From the NCBI RefSeq assembly GCF_009914755.1, contig NC_060947.1: a stretch of DNA of 64,000 nt. The stretch is one strand, 5' to 3'. The notes under the pieces are model-generated. The model did not search any database, was not told the origin of the DNA, and saw nothing but the letters and a program-made list of their open reading frames with translations. The position numbers and the translations under genes are program-made. The stretch is from the human T2T-CHM13v2.0 reference genome, Homo sapiens. The number at the start of each line of letters is the position of its first letter. The stretch's first letter is position 1. Positions 10,401 through 24,670 of this stretch are shown here, piece after piece.

Positions 10401-13400
10401 TTTACGTGAACATATACCGTTTCGAACGAAGGCCACCCAGTGGTCCAAATATCCACTTGCAGATTCTACAGAAAGAGTGTTTCGAACCTGAACTCTCAAA
10501 GGCAGGTTCATCTCTGCGAGTTAAATGCATTCATCATGAAGAACTTTCTCAGAGTGTTTGTGTTTAGTTATGGGAAATTATTCCCGTTTCCAACGAAATC
10601 CTCAGAGAGGTCCAAATATCCACCTGCAGATTCTACCAAAAGTGTATTTGGAAACTGCTCCATCAAAAGGCATGTTCAGCTCTGTGAGTGAAACTCCATC
10701 ATCACAAAGAATATTCTGAGAATGCTTCCGTTTGCCTTTTATATGAAGTTCCTTCCTATACGACCGTAGGCCTCAAAGCAGTCCAAATCTCCATTTGCAG
10801 ATTCTACAAAAAGAGTGATTCCAATCTGCTCTATCAATAGGATTGTTCAACTCCATGAGTTGAATGCCATCCTCACAAAGTCGTTTCTGAGAATGCTTCT
10901 ATCTAGTTTTTATGTGAAGATATTTCCTTTTCCACCACAGGCCTCAAAGCCCTCCAAACGTCCACTTGCAGATTCTCGAAAAAGAGTGTTTCATAGCTGC
11001 TCTTTCAAAAGGAAAGTTCAACTCTGGGAGTTGAATACAAACATCACAAAGTAGTTTCCGAGAATGCTTCTGTTTAGTTTTTATGTGAAGATGATCCCGT
11101 TTCCAGTGAAATCTTCAAAGAGGTCCACATATCCCCTTGCAGATTCCAAAGAAAGAGGGTTTCAAAACTGCTCCATCAGAAGGATTGTTCAACTCTGTGA
11201 GTTGAATGCAGTCATCGCAGAAAACTTTCTGAGAATGCTTCTGTCTAGGTTTGATGTGAAGATATAGACGTTTCAAACGAAGGCTACAAAGTGGTCAAAA
11301 TATACACTTGCAGATTCTACTACAAGGGTGTTGCAAACCTGAACTATCAAAGGAAGGTTCAACTCTGTGAGTTGAATACAAACATCACAAAAAATGTTCT
11401 GAGTTTGCTTCCGTTCAGTTATGGGAAGTTGATCCCGTTTCCAACGAAATCCTCAGAGAGGTCCACATATCCCCTTGCAGATTCTACAAAACGTGTGTTT
11501 GGAAACTGCTCCATCATAACGAATGTTCAGCTCCCTGAGTTAAACTCCATCGTCACAAAGAATTTTCTGAGAGTGCTACCGTCTGGTTTTTATATGAAGC
11601 TCTTTCCTTCACTACCACAGGCCTCAAAGCGGTCCAAATCTCCACTTGCAGATTCTACAAAAAGAGTGTTTGCAAACTGCTCTATCAAAAGGAATGTTCA
11701 ACTCTGGGAGTTGAATGCAATCATCACAGAGCAGTTTCTGAGAATGCTTCTATGTCGTTTTTAGGAGAAGATATTTCCTTTTCCAACACAGTCCTCCAAG
11801 CCCGCTAAATAGCCACTTGCACATTGTAGAAAACGTGTGTCAAAGCTGCGCTATCAAAGGGAAAGTTCAACTCTGTGAGGTGAATGCAAACATCCCAAAG
11901 AAGTTTCTGAGAATGCTTCCGTTTAGCTTTTAGGTGAAGATTATCCCGTTTCCAACGAAACCTTCAAAGAGGTCCAAATATCCCCTTGCGGATCCCACAG
12001 AAAGAGTGTTTCGAAACTGCTGTTTCAAAAGGAATCTTCAACTCTGTGAGTTGAATGCAATCATCACAAAGAAGTTTCTGACAATGCTTCTCTCTCGTCT
12101 TTCTGTGAAGATAAAGGAAAAGGCTTTCAGGCCTTTTCCACCACAGGCCTGAAAGCGCTCCAAATGTCCACTTGCAGATTCTGCGAAAAGAATATTTCAA
12201 AACTGCTCTATGAAAAGCAATGTTAAACTCTGTGGCTCGAACACAAACATCACAAAGCGGTTTCTGAGAATGCTTCAGTTTAGTTTTTCTGTGGAAATAT
12301 TCCCGTTTCCAAAGAAATCTTCAAAGAGGTCCACGTATCCACTTACAGATTCTACAAAAAGACAGTTTCAAAACTGCTCCATCAAAAGGAGGGTTCAACT
12401 GTGTGACTTGAATGCAATCATCACTCAGAAGTTTCTGAGAATGCTTCTCTTTAGTTTTTACGTGAACATATACCCGTTTCGAACGAAGGCCAACCAGTGG
12501 TCCAAATATCCACTTGCAGATTCTACAGAAAGAGTGTTTCGAACCTGAACTCTCAAAGGCAGGTTCATCTCTGCGAGTTAAATGCATTCATCATGAAGAA
12601 CTTTCTCAGAGTGTTTGTGTTTAGTTATGGGAAATTATTCCCGTTTCCAACGAAATCCTCAGAGAGCTCCAAATATCCACCTGCAGATTCTACCAAAAGT
12701 GTATTTGGAAACTGCTCCATCAAAAGGCATGTTCAGCTCTGTGAGTGAAACTCCATCATCACAAAGAATATTCTGAGAATGCTTCCGTTTGCCTTTTATA
12801 TGAAGTTCCTTCCTATACTACCTTAGGCCTCAAAGCAGTCCAAATCTCCATTTGCAGATTCTACAAAAAGAGTGATTCCAATCTGCTCTATCAATAGGAT
12901 TGTTCAACTCCATGAGTTGAATGCCATCCTCACAAAGTCGTTTCTGAGAATGCTTCTATCTAGTTTTTATGTGAAGATATTTCCTTTTCCACCACAGGCC
13001 TCAAAGCCCTCCAAACGTCCACTTGCAGATTCTCGAAAAAGAGTGTTTCATAGCTGCTCTTTCAAAAGGAAAGTTCAACTCTGGGAGTTGAATACAAACA
13101 TCACAAAGTAGTTTCCGAGAATGCTTCTGTTTAGTTTTTATGTGAAGATGATCCCGTTTCCAGTGAAATCTTCAAAGAGGTCCACATATCCCCTTGCAGA
13201 TTCCAAAGAAAGAGGGTTTCAAAACTGCTCCATCAGAAGGATTGTTCAACTCTGTGAGTTGAATGCAGTCATCGCAGAAAACTTTCTGAGAGTGCTTCTG
13301 TCTAGGTTTGATGTGAAGATATAGACGTTTCAAACGAAGGCTACAAAGTGGTCAAAATATACACTTGCAGATTCTACTACAAGGGTGTTGCAAACCTGAA

Positions 13401-14990
13401 CTATCAAAGGAAGGTTCAACTCTGTGAGTTGAATACAAACATCACAAAGAATGTTCTGAGTTTGCTTCCGTTCAGTTATGGGAAGTTGATCCCGTTTCCA
13501 ACGAAATCCTCAGAGAGGTCCAAATATCCCCTTGCAGATTCTACAAAACGTGTGTTTGGAAACTGCTCCATCATAACGAATGTTCAGCTCCCTGAGTTAA
13601 ACTCCATCGTCACAAAGAATTTTCTGAGAGTGCTACCGTCTGGTTTTTATATGAAGCTCTTTCCTTCACTACCACAGGCCTCAAAGCGGTCCAAATCTCC
13701 ACTTGCAGATTCTACAAAAAGAGTGTTTGCAAACTGCTCTATCAAAAGGAATGTTCAACTCTGGGAGTTGAATGCAATCATCACAGAGCAGTTTCTGAGA
13801 ATGCTTCTATGTCGTTTTTAGGAGAAGATATTTCCTTTTCCAACACAGTCCTCCAAGCCCGCTAAATAGCCACTTGCACATTGTAGAAAAAGTGTGTCAA
13901 AGCTGCGCTATCAAAGGGAAAGTTCAACTGTGTGAGGTGAATGCAAACATCCCAAAGAAGTTTCTGAGAATGCTTCCGTTTAGCTTTTAGGTGAAGATTA
14001 TCCCGTTTCCAACGAAACCTTCAAAGAGGTCCAAATATCCCCTTGCGGATCCCACAGAAAGAGTGTTTCGAAACTGCTGTTTCAAAAGGAATCTTCAACT
14101 CTGTGAGTTGAATGCAATCATCCCAAAGAAGTTTCTGACAATGCTTCTCTCTCGTCTTTCTGTGAAGATAAAGGAAAAGGCTTTCAGGCCTTTTCCACCA
14201 CAGGCCTGAAAGCGCTCCAAAAGTCCATTTGCAGATTCTGCCAAAAGAATATTTCAAAACTGCTCTATGAAAAGCAATGTTAAACTCTGTGGCTCGAACA
14301 CAAACATCACAAAGCAGTTTCTGAGAATGCTTCAGTTTAGTTTTTCTGTGGAAATATTCCCGTTTCCAAAGAAATCTTCAAAGAGGTCCACGTATCCACT
14401 TACAGATTCTACAAAAAGACAGTTTCAAAACTGCTCCATCAAAAGGAGGGTTCAACTGTGTGACTTGAATGCAATCATCACTCAGAAGTTTCTGAGAATG
14501 CTTCTCTTTAGTTTTTACGTGAACATATACCGTTTCGAACGAAGGCCACCCAGTGGTCCAAATATCCACTTGCAGATTCTACAGAAAGAGTGTTTCGAAC
14601 CTGAACTCTCAAAGGCAGGTTCATCTCTGCGAGTTAAATGCATTCATCATGAAGAACTTTCTCAGAGTGTTTGTGTTTAGTTATGGGAAATTATTCCCGT
14701 TTCCAACGAAATCCTCAGAGAGGTCCAAATATCCACCTGCAGATTCTACCAAAAGTGTATTTGGAAACTGCTCCATCAAAAGGCATGTTCAGCTCTGTGA
14801 GTGAAACTCCATCATCACAAAGAATATTCTGAGAATGCTTCCGTTTGCCTTTTATATGAAGTTCCTTCCTATACGACCGTAGGCCTCAAAGCAGTCCAAA
14901 TCTCCATTTGCAGATTCTACAAAAAGAGTGATTCCAATCTGCTCTATCAATAGGATTGTTCAACTCCATGAGTTGAATGCCATCCTCACA
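4450..14990 (-). repeat. Second-order tandem repeat: ~2.5 copies of a 4,113-bp two-HOR unit
   Basis: A 1-bp deletion (ataccgtttc) near 6304, 10417 and 14530 plus linked SNVs recur at 4113-bp spacing. Boundaries are approximate. Confidence 0.85.
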
Positions 14991-15949
14991 AAGTAGTTTC
15001 TGAGAATGCTTCTATCTAGTTTTTATGTGAAGATATTTCCTTTTCCACCACAGGCCTCAAAGCCCTCCAAACGTCCACTTGCAGATTCTCGAAAAAGAGT
15101 GTTTCATAGCTGCTCTTTCAAAAGGAAAGTTCAACTCTGGGAGTTGAATACAAACATCACAAAGTAGTTTCCGAGAATGCTTCTGTTTAGTTTTTATGTG
15201 AAGATGATCCCGTTTCCAGTGAAATCTTCAAAGAGGTCCACATATCCCCTTGCAGATTCCAAAGAAAGAGGGTTTCAAAACTGCTCCATCAGAAGGATTG
15301 TTCAACTCTGTGAGTTGAATGCAGTCATCGCAGAAAACTTTCTGAGAATGCTTCTGTCTAGGTTTGATGTGAAGATATAGACGTTTCAAACGAAGGCTAC
15401 AAAGTGGTCAAAATATACACTTGCAGATTCTACTACAAGGGTGTTGCAAACCTGAACTATCAAAGGAAGGTTCAACTCTGTGAGTTGAATACAAACATCA
15501 CAAAGAATGTTCTGAGTTTGCTTCCGTTCAGTTATGGGAAGTTGATCCCGTTTCCAACGAAATCCTCAGAGAGGTCCAAATATCCCCTTGCAGATTCTAC
15601 AAAACGTGTGTTTGGAAACTGCTCCATCATAACGAATGTTCAGCTCCCTGAGTTAAACTCCATCGTCACAAAGAATTTTCTGAGAGTGCTACCGTCTGGT
15701 TTTTATATGAAGCTCTTTCCTTCACTACCACAGGCCTCAAAGCGGTCCAAATCTCCACTTGCAGATTCTACAAAAAGAGTGTTTGCAAACTGCTCTATCA
15801 AAAGGAATGTTCAACTCTGGGAGTTGAATGCAATCATCACAGAGCAGTTTCTGAGAATGCTTCTATGTCGTTTTTAGGAGAAGATATTTCCTTTTCCAAC
15901 ACAGTCCTCCAAGCCCGCTAAATAGCCACTTGCACATTGTAGAAAAAGT

Positions 15950-18900
15950 GTGTCAAAGCTGCGCTATCAAAGGGAAAGTTCAACTCTGTGAGGTGAATGC
16001 AAACATCCCAAAGAAGTTTCTGAGAATGCTTCCGTTTAGCTTTTAGGTGAAGATTATCCCGTTTCCAACGAAACCTTCAAAGAGGTCCAAATATCCCCTT
16101 GCGGATCCCACAGAAAGAGTGTTTCGAAACTGCTGTTTCAAAAGGAATCTTCAACTCTGTGAGTTGAATGCAATCATCACAAAGAAGTTTCTGACAATGC
16201 TTCTCTCTCGTCTTTCTGTGAAGATAAAGGAAAAGGCTTTCAGGCCTTTTCCACCACAGGCCTGAAAGCGCTCCAAATGTCCACTTGCAGATTCTGCCAA
16301 AAGAATATTTCAAAACTGCTCTATGAAAAGCAATGTTAAACTCTGTGGCTCGAACACAAACATCACAAAGCGGTTTCTGAGAATGCTTCAGTTTAGTTTT
16401 TCTGTGGAAATATTCCCGTTTCCAAAGAAATCTTCAAAGAGGTCCACTTATCCACTTACAGATTCTACAAAAAGACAGTTTCAAAACTGCTCCATCAAAA
16501 GGAGGGTTCAACTGTGTGACTTGAATGCAATCATCACTCACAAGTTTCTGAGAATGCTTCTCTTTAGTTTTTACGTGAACATATACCCGTTTCGAACGAA
16601 GGCCACCCAGTGGTCCAAATATCCACTTGCAGATTCTACAGAAAGAGTGTTTCGAACCTGAACTCTCAAAGGCAGGTTCATCTCTGCGAGTTAAATGCAT
16701 TCATCATGAAGAACTTTCTCAGAGTGTTTGTGTTTAGTTATGGGAAATTATTCCCGTTTCCAACGAAATCCTCAGAGAGCTCCAAATATCCACCTGCAGA
16801 TTCTACCAAAAGTGTATTTGGAAACTGCTCCATCAAAAGGCATGTTCAGCTCTGTGAGTGAAACTCCATCATCACAAAGAATATTCTGAGAATGCTTCCG
16901 TTTGCCTTTTATATGAAGTTCCTTCCTATACGACCGTAGGCCTCAAAGCAGTCCAAATCTCCATTTGCAGATTCTACAAAAAGAGTGATTCCAATCTGCT
17001 CTATCAATAGGATTGTTCAACTCCATGAGTTGAATGCCATCCTCACAAAGTAGTTTCTGAGAATGCTTCTATCTAGTTTTTATGTGAAGATATTTCCTTT
17101 TCCACCACAGGCCTCAAAGCCCTCCAAACGTCCACTTGCAGATTCTCGAAAAAGAGTGTTTCATAGCTGCTCTTTCAAAAGGAAAGTTCAACTCTGGGAG
17201 TTGAATACAAACATCACAAAGTAGTTTCCGAGAATGCTTCTGTTTAGTTTTTATGTGAAGATGATCCCGTTTCCAGTGAAATCTTCAAAGAGGTCCACAT
17301 ATCCCCTTGCAGATTCCAAAGAAAGAGGGTTTCAAAACTGCTCCATCAGAAGGATTGTTCAACTCTGTGAGTTGAATGCAGTCATCGCAGAAAACTTTCT
17401 GAGAATGCTTCTGTCTAGGTTTGATGTGAAGATATAGACGTTTCAAACGAAGGCTACAAAGTGGTCAAAATATACACTTGCAGATTCTACTACAAGGGTG
17501 TTGCAAACCTGAACTATCAAAGGAAGGTTCAACTCCGTCAGTTGAATACAAACATCACAAAGAATGTTCTGAGTTTGCTTCCGTTCAGTTATGGGAAGTT
17601 GATCCCGTTTCCAACGAAATCCTCAGAGAGGTTCAAATATCCCCTTGCAGATTCTACAAAACGTGTGTTTGGAAACTGCTCCATCATAACGAATGTTCAG
17701 CTCCCTGAGTTAAACTCCATCGTCACAAAGAATTTTCTGAGAGTGCTACCATCTGGTTTTTATATGAAGTTCTTTCCTTCACTACCACAGGACTCAAAGC
17801 GGTCCAAATCTCCACTTGCAGATTCTACAAAAAGAGTGTTTGCAAACTGCTCTATCAAAAGGAATGTTCAACTCTGGGAGTTGAATGCAATCATCACAGA
17901 GCAGTTTCTGAGAATGCTTCTATGTCGTTTTTAGGAGAAGATATTTCCTTTTCCAACACAGTCCTCCAAGCCCGCTAAATAGCCACTTGCACATTGTAGA
18001 AAAAGTGTGTCAAAGCTACGCTATCAAAGGGAAAGTTCAACTCTGTGAGGTGAATGCAAACATCCCAAAGAAGTTTCTGAGAATGCTTCCGTTTAGCTTT
18101 TAGGTGAAGATTATCCCGTTTCCAACGAAACCTTCAAAGAGGTCCAAATATCCCCTTGCGGATCCCACAGAAAGAGTGTTTCGAAACTGCTGTTTCAAAA
18201 GGAATCTTCAACTCTGTGAGTTGAATGCAATCATCACAAAGAAGTTTCTGACAATGCTTCTCTCTCGTCTTTCTGTGAAGATAAAGGAAAAGGCTTTCAG
18301 GCCTTTTCCACCACAGGCCTGAAAGCGCTCCAAATGTCCACTTGCAGATTCTGCGAAAAGAATATTTCAAAACTGCTCTATGAAAAGCAATGTTAAACTC
18401 TGTGGCTCGAACACAAACATCACAAAGCAGTTTCTGAGAATGCTTCAGTTTAGTTTTTCTGTGGAAATATTCCCGTTTTCAAAGAAATCTTCAAAGAGGT
18501 CCACGTATCCACTTACAGATTCTACAAAAAGACAGTTTCAAAACTGCTCCATCAAAAGGAGGGTTCAACTGTGTGACTTGAATGCAATCATCACTCAGAA
18601 GTTTCTGAGAATGCTTCTCTTTAGTTTTTACGTGAACATATACCCGTTTCGAACGAAGGCCAGCCAGTGGTCCAAATATCCACTTGCAGATTCTACAGAA
18701 AGAGTGTTTCGAACCTGAACTCTCAAAGGCAGGTTCATCTCTGCGAGTTAAATGCATTCATCATGAAGAACTTTCTCAGAGTGTCTGTGTTTAGTTATGG
18801 GAAATTATTCCCGTTTCCAACGAAATCCTCAGAGAGCTCCAAATATCCACCTGCAGATTCTACCAAAAGTGTATTTGGAAACTGCTCCATCAAAAGGCAT

Positions 18901-21900
18901 GTTCAGCTCTGTGAGTGAAACTCCATCATCACAAAGAATATTCTGAGAATGCTTCCGTTTGCCTTTTATATGAAGTTCCTTCCTATACGACCGTAGGCCT
19001 CAAAGCAGTCCAAATCTCCATTTGCAGATTCTACAAAAAGAGTGATTCCAATCTGCTCTATCAATAGGATTGTTCAACTCCATGAGTTGAATGCCATCCT
19101 CACAAAGTCGTTTCTGAGAATGCTTCTATCTAGTTTTTATGTGAAGATATTTCCTTTTCCACCACAGGCCTCAAAGCCCTCCAAACGTCCACTTGCAGAT
19201 TCTCGAAAAAGAGTGTTTCATAGCTGCTCTTTCAAAAGGAAAGTTCAACTCTGGGAGTTGAATACAAACATCACAAAGTAGTTTCCGAGAATGCTTCTGT
19301 TTAGTTTTTATGTGAAGATGATCCCGTTTCCAGTGAAATCTTCAAAGAGGTCCACATATCCCCTTGTAGATTCCAAAGAAAGAGGGTTTCAAAACTGCTC
19401 CATCAGAAGGATTGTTCAACTCTGTGAGTTGAATGCAGTCATCGCAGAAAACTTTCTGAGAATGCTTCTGTCTAGGTTTGATGTGAAGATATAGACGTTT
19501 CAAACGAAGGCTACAAAGTGGTCAAAATATACACTTGCAGATTCTACTACAAGGGTGTTGCAAACCTGAACTATCAAAGGAAGGTTCAACTCCGTCAGTT
19601 GAATACAAACATCACAAAGAATGTTCTGAGTTTGCTTCCGTTCAGTTATGGGAAGTTGATCCCGTTTCCAACGAAATCCTCAGAGAGGTCCAAATATCCC
19701 CTTGCAGATTCTACAAAACGTGTGTTTGGAAACTGCTCCATCATAACGAATGTTCAGCTCCCTGAGTTAAACTCCATCGTCACAAAGAATTTTCTGAGAG
19801 TGCTACCGTCTGGTTTTTATATGAAGCTCTTTCCTTCACTACCACAGGCCTCAAAGCGGTCCAAATCTCCACTTGCAGATTCTACAAAAAGAGTGTTTGC
19901 AAACTGCTCTATCAAAAGGAATGTTCAACTCTGGGAGTTGAATGCAATCATCACAGAGCAGTTTCTGAGAATGCTTCTATGTCGTTTTTAGGAGAAGATA
20001 TTTCCTTTTCCAACACAGTCCTCAAACCCGCTAAATAGCCACTTGCACATTGTAGAAAACGTGTGTCAAAGCTGCGCTATCAAAGGGAAAGTTCAACTCT
20101 GTGAGGTGAATGCAAACATCCCAAAGAAGTTTCTGAGAATGCTTCCGTTTAGCTTTTAGGTGAAGATTATCCCGTTTCCAACGAAACCTTCAAAGAGGTC
20201 CAAATATCCCCTTGCGGATCCCACAGAAAGAGTGTTTCGAAACTGCTGTTTCAAAAGGAATCTTCAACTCTGTGAGTTGAATGCAATCATCACAAAGAAG
20301 TTTCTGACAATGCTTCTCTCTCGTCTTTCTGTGAAGATAAAGGAAAAGGCTTTCAGGCCTTTTCCACCACAGGCCTGAAAGCGCTCCAAATGTCCACTTG
20401 CAGATTCTGCCAAAAGAATATTTCAAAACTGCTCTATGAAAAGCAATGTTAAACTCTGTGGCTCGAACACAAACATCACAAAGCGGTTTCTGAGAATGCT
20501 TCAGTTTAGTTTTTCTGTGGAAATATTCCCGTTTCCAAAGAAATCTTCAAAGAGGTCCACTTATCCACTTACAGATTCTACAAAAAGACAGTTTCAAAAC
20601 TGCTCCATCAAAAGGAGGGTTCAACTGTGTGACTTGAATGCAATCATCACTCACAAGTTTCTGAGAATGCTTCTCTTTAGTTTTTACGTGAACATATACC
20701 CGTTTCGAACGAAGGCCACCCAGTGGTCCAAATATCCACTTGCAGATTCTACAGAAAGAGTGTTTCGAACCTGAACTCTCAAAGGCAGGTTCATCTCTGC
20801 GAGTTAAATGCATTCATCATGAAGAACTTTCTCAGAGTGTTTGTGTTTAGTTATGGGAAATTATTCCCGTTTCCAACGAAATCCTCAGAGAGCTCCAAAT
20901 ATCCACCTGCAGATTCTACCAAAAGTGTATTTGGAAACTGCTCCATCAAAAGGCATGTTCAGCTCTGTGAGTGAAACTCCATCATCACAAAGAATATTCT
21001 GAGAATGCTTCCGTTTGCCTTTTATATGAAGTTCCTTCCTATACGACCGTAGGCCTCAAAGCAGTCCAAATCTCCATTTGCAGATTCTACAAAAAGAGTG
21101 ATTCCAATCTGCTCTATCAATAGGATTGTTCAACTCCATGAGTTGAATGCCATCCTCACAAAGTAGTTTCTGAGAATGCTTCTATCTAGTTTTTATGTGA
21201 AGATATTTCCTTTTCCACCACAGGCCTCAAAGCCCTCCAAACGTCCACTTGCAGATTCTCGAAAAAGAGTGTTTCATAGCTGCTCTTTCAAAAGGAAAGT
21301 TCAACTCTGGGAGTTGAATACAAACATCACAAAGTAGTTTCCGAGAATGCTTCTGTTTAGTTTTTATGTGAAGATGATCCCGTTTCCAGTGAAATCTTCA
21401 AAGAGGTCCACATATCCCCTTGCAGATTCCAAAGAAAGAGGGTTTCAAAACTGCTCCATCAGAAGGATTGTTCAACTCTGTGAGTTGAATGCAGTCATCG
21501 CAGAAAACTTTCTGAGAATGCTTCTGTCTAGGTTTGATGTGAAGATATAGACGTTTCAAACGAAGGCTACAAAGTGGTCAAAATATACACTTGCAGATTC
21601 TACTACAAGGGTGTTGCAAACCTGAACTATCAAAGGAAGGTTCAACTCCGTCAGTTGAATACAAACATCACAAAGAATGTTCTGAGTTTGCTTCCGTTCA
21701 GTTATGGGAAGTTGATCCCGTTTCCAACGAAATCCTCAGAGAGGTTCAAATATCCCCTTGCAGATTCTACAAAACGTGTGTTTGGAAACTGCTCCATCAT
21801 AACGAATGTTCAGCTCCCTGAGTTAAACTCCATCGTCACAAAGAATTTTCTGAGAGTGCTACCATCTGGTTTTTATATGAAGTTCTTTCCTTCACTACCA

Positions 21901-24670
21901 CAGGACTCAAAGCGGTCCAAATCTCCACTTGCAGATTCTACAAAAAGAGTGTTTGCAAACTGCTCTATCAAAAGGAATGTTCAACTCTGGGAGTTGAATG
22001 CAATCATCACAGAGCAGTTTCTGAGAATGCTTCTATGTCGTTTTTAGGAGAAGATATTTCCTTTTCCAACACAGTCCTCCAAGCCCGCTAAATAGCCACT
22101 TGCACATTGTAGAAAAAGTGTGTCAAAGCTACGCTATCAAAGGGAAAGTTCAACTCTGTGAGGTGAATGCAAACATCCCAAAGAAGTTTCTGAGAATGCT
22201 TCCGTTTAGCTTTTAGGTGAAGATTATCCCGTTTCCAACGAAACCTTCAAAGAGGTCCAAATATCCCCTTGCGGATCCCACAGAAAGAGTGTTTCGAAAC
22301 TGCTGTTTCAAAAGGAATCTTCAACTCTGTGAGTTGAATGCAATCATCACAAAGAAGTTTCTGACAATGCTTCTCTCTCGTCTTTCTGTGAAGATAAAGG
22401 AAAAGGCTTTCAGGCCTTTTCCACCACAGGCCTGAAAGCGCTCCAAATGTCCACTTGCAGATTCTGCGAAAAGAATATTTCAAAACTGCTCTATGAAAAG
22501 CAATGTTAAACTCTGTGGCTCGAACACAAACATCACAAAGCAGTTTCTGAGAATGCTTCAGTTTAGTTTTTCTGTGGAAATATTCCCGTTTTCAAAGAAA
22601 TCTTCAAAGAGGTCCACGTATCCACTTACAGATTCTACAAAAAGACAGTTTCAAAACTGCTCCATCAAAAGGAGGGTTCAACTGTGTGACTTGAATGCAA
22701 TCATCACTCAGAAGTTTCTGAGAATGCTTCTCTTTAGTTTTTACGTGAACATATACCCGTTTCGAACGAAGGCCAGCCAGTGGTCCAAATATCCACTTGC
22801 AGATTCTACAGAAAGAGTGTTTCGAACCTGAACTCTCAAAGGCAGGTTCATCTCTGCGAGTTAAATGCATTCATCATGAAGAACTTTCTCAGAGTGTCTG
22901 TGTTTAGTTATGGGAAATTATTCCCGTTTCCAACGAAATCCTCAGAGAGCTCCAAATATCCACCTGCAGATTCTACCAAAAGTGTATTTGGAAACTGCTC
23001 CATCAAAAGGCATGTTCAGCTCTGTGAGTGAAACTCCATCATCACAAAGAATATTCTGAGAATGCTTCCGTTTGCCTTTTATATGAAGTTCCTTCCTATA
23101 CGACCGTAGGCCTCAAAGCAGTCCAAATCTCCATTTGCAGATTCTACAAAAAGAGTGATTCCAATCTGCTCTATCAATAGGATTGTTCAACTCCATGAGT
23201 TGAATGCCATCCTCACAAAGTCGTTTCTGAGAATGCTTCTATCTAGTTTTTATGTGAAGATATTTCCTTTTCCACCACAGGCCTCAAAGCCCTCCAAACG
23301 TCCACTTGCAGATTCTCGAAAAAGAGTGTTTCATAGCTGCTCTTTCAAAAGGAAAGTTCAACTCTGGGAGTTGAATACAAACATCACAAAGTAGTTTCCG
23401 AGAATGCTTCTGTTTAGTTTTTATGTGAAGATGATCCCGTTTCCAGTGAAATCTTCAAAGAGGTCCACATATCCCCTTGTAGATTCCAAAGAAAGAGGGT
23501 TTCAAAACTGCTCCATCAGAAGGATTGTTCAACTCTGTGAGTTGAATGCAGTCATCGCAGAAAACTTTCTGAGAATGCTTCTGTCTAGGTTTGATGTGAA
23601 GATATAGACGTTTCAAACGAAGGCTACAAAGTGGTCAAAATATACACTTGCAGATTCTACTACAAGGGTGTTGCAAACCTGAACTATCAAAGGAAGGTTC
23701 AACTCCGTCAGTTGAATACAAACATCACAAAGAATGTTCTGAGTTTGCTTCCGTTCAGTTATGGGAAGTTGATCCCGTTTCCAACGAAATCCTCAGAGAG
23801 GTCCAAATATCCCCTTGCAGATTCTACAAAACGTGTGTTTGGAAACTGCTCCATCATAACGAATGTTCAGCTCCCTGAGTTAAACTCCATCGTCACAAAG
23901 AATTTTCTGAGAGTGCTACCGTCTGGTTTTTATATGAAGCTCTTTCCTTCACTACCACAGGCCTCAAAGCGGTCCAAATCTCCACTTGCAGATTCTACAA
24001 AAAGAGTGTTTGCAAACTGCTCTATCAAAAGGAATGTTCAACTCTGGGAGTTGAATGCAATCATCACAGAGCAGTTTCTGAGAATGCTTCTATGTCGTTT
24101 TTAGGAGAAGATATTTCCTTTTCCAACACAGTCCTCAAACCCGCTAAATAGCCACTTGCACATTGTAGAAAACGTGTGTCAAAGCTGCGCTATCAAAGGG
24201 AAAGTTCAACTCTGTGAGGTGAATGCAAACATCCCAAAGAAGTTTCTGAGAATGCTTCCGTTTAGCTTTTAGGTGAAGATTATCCCGTTTCCAACGAAAC
24301 CTTCAAAGAGGTCCAAATATCCCCTTGCGGATCCCACAGAAAGAGTGTTTCGAAACTGCTGTTTCAAAAGGAATCTTCAACTCTGTGAGTTGAATGCAAT
24401 CATCACAAAGAAGTTTCTGACAATGCTTCTCTCTCGTCTTTCTGTGAAGATAAAGGAAAAGGCTTTCAGGCCTTTTCCACCACAGGCCTGAAAGCGCTCC
24501 AAATGTCCACTTGCAGATTCTGCCAAAAGAATATTTCAAAACTGCTCTATGAAAAGCAATGTTAAACTCTGTGGCTCGAACACAAACATCACAAAGCGGT
24601 TTCTGAGAATGCTTCAGTTTAGTTTTTCTGTGGAAATATTCCCGTTTCCAAAGAAATCTTCAAAGAGGTC
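15950..24670 (-). repeat. Second-order tandem duplication of a different 4,113-bp two-HOR unit
   Basis: Shared rare variants at +4113: ccacttatcc 16448/20561, ggttcaaat ~17633/21746, ggactc ~17792/21905, cttgtag ~19367/23480, ctcaaacccg 20021/24134. Confidence 0.9.
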
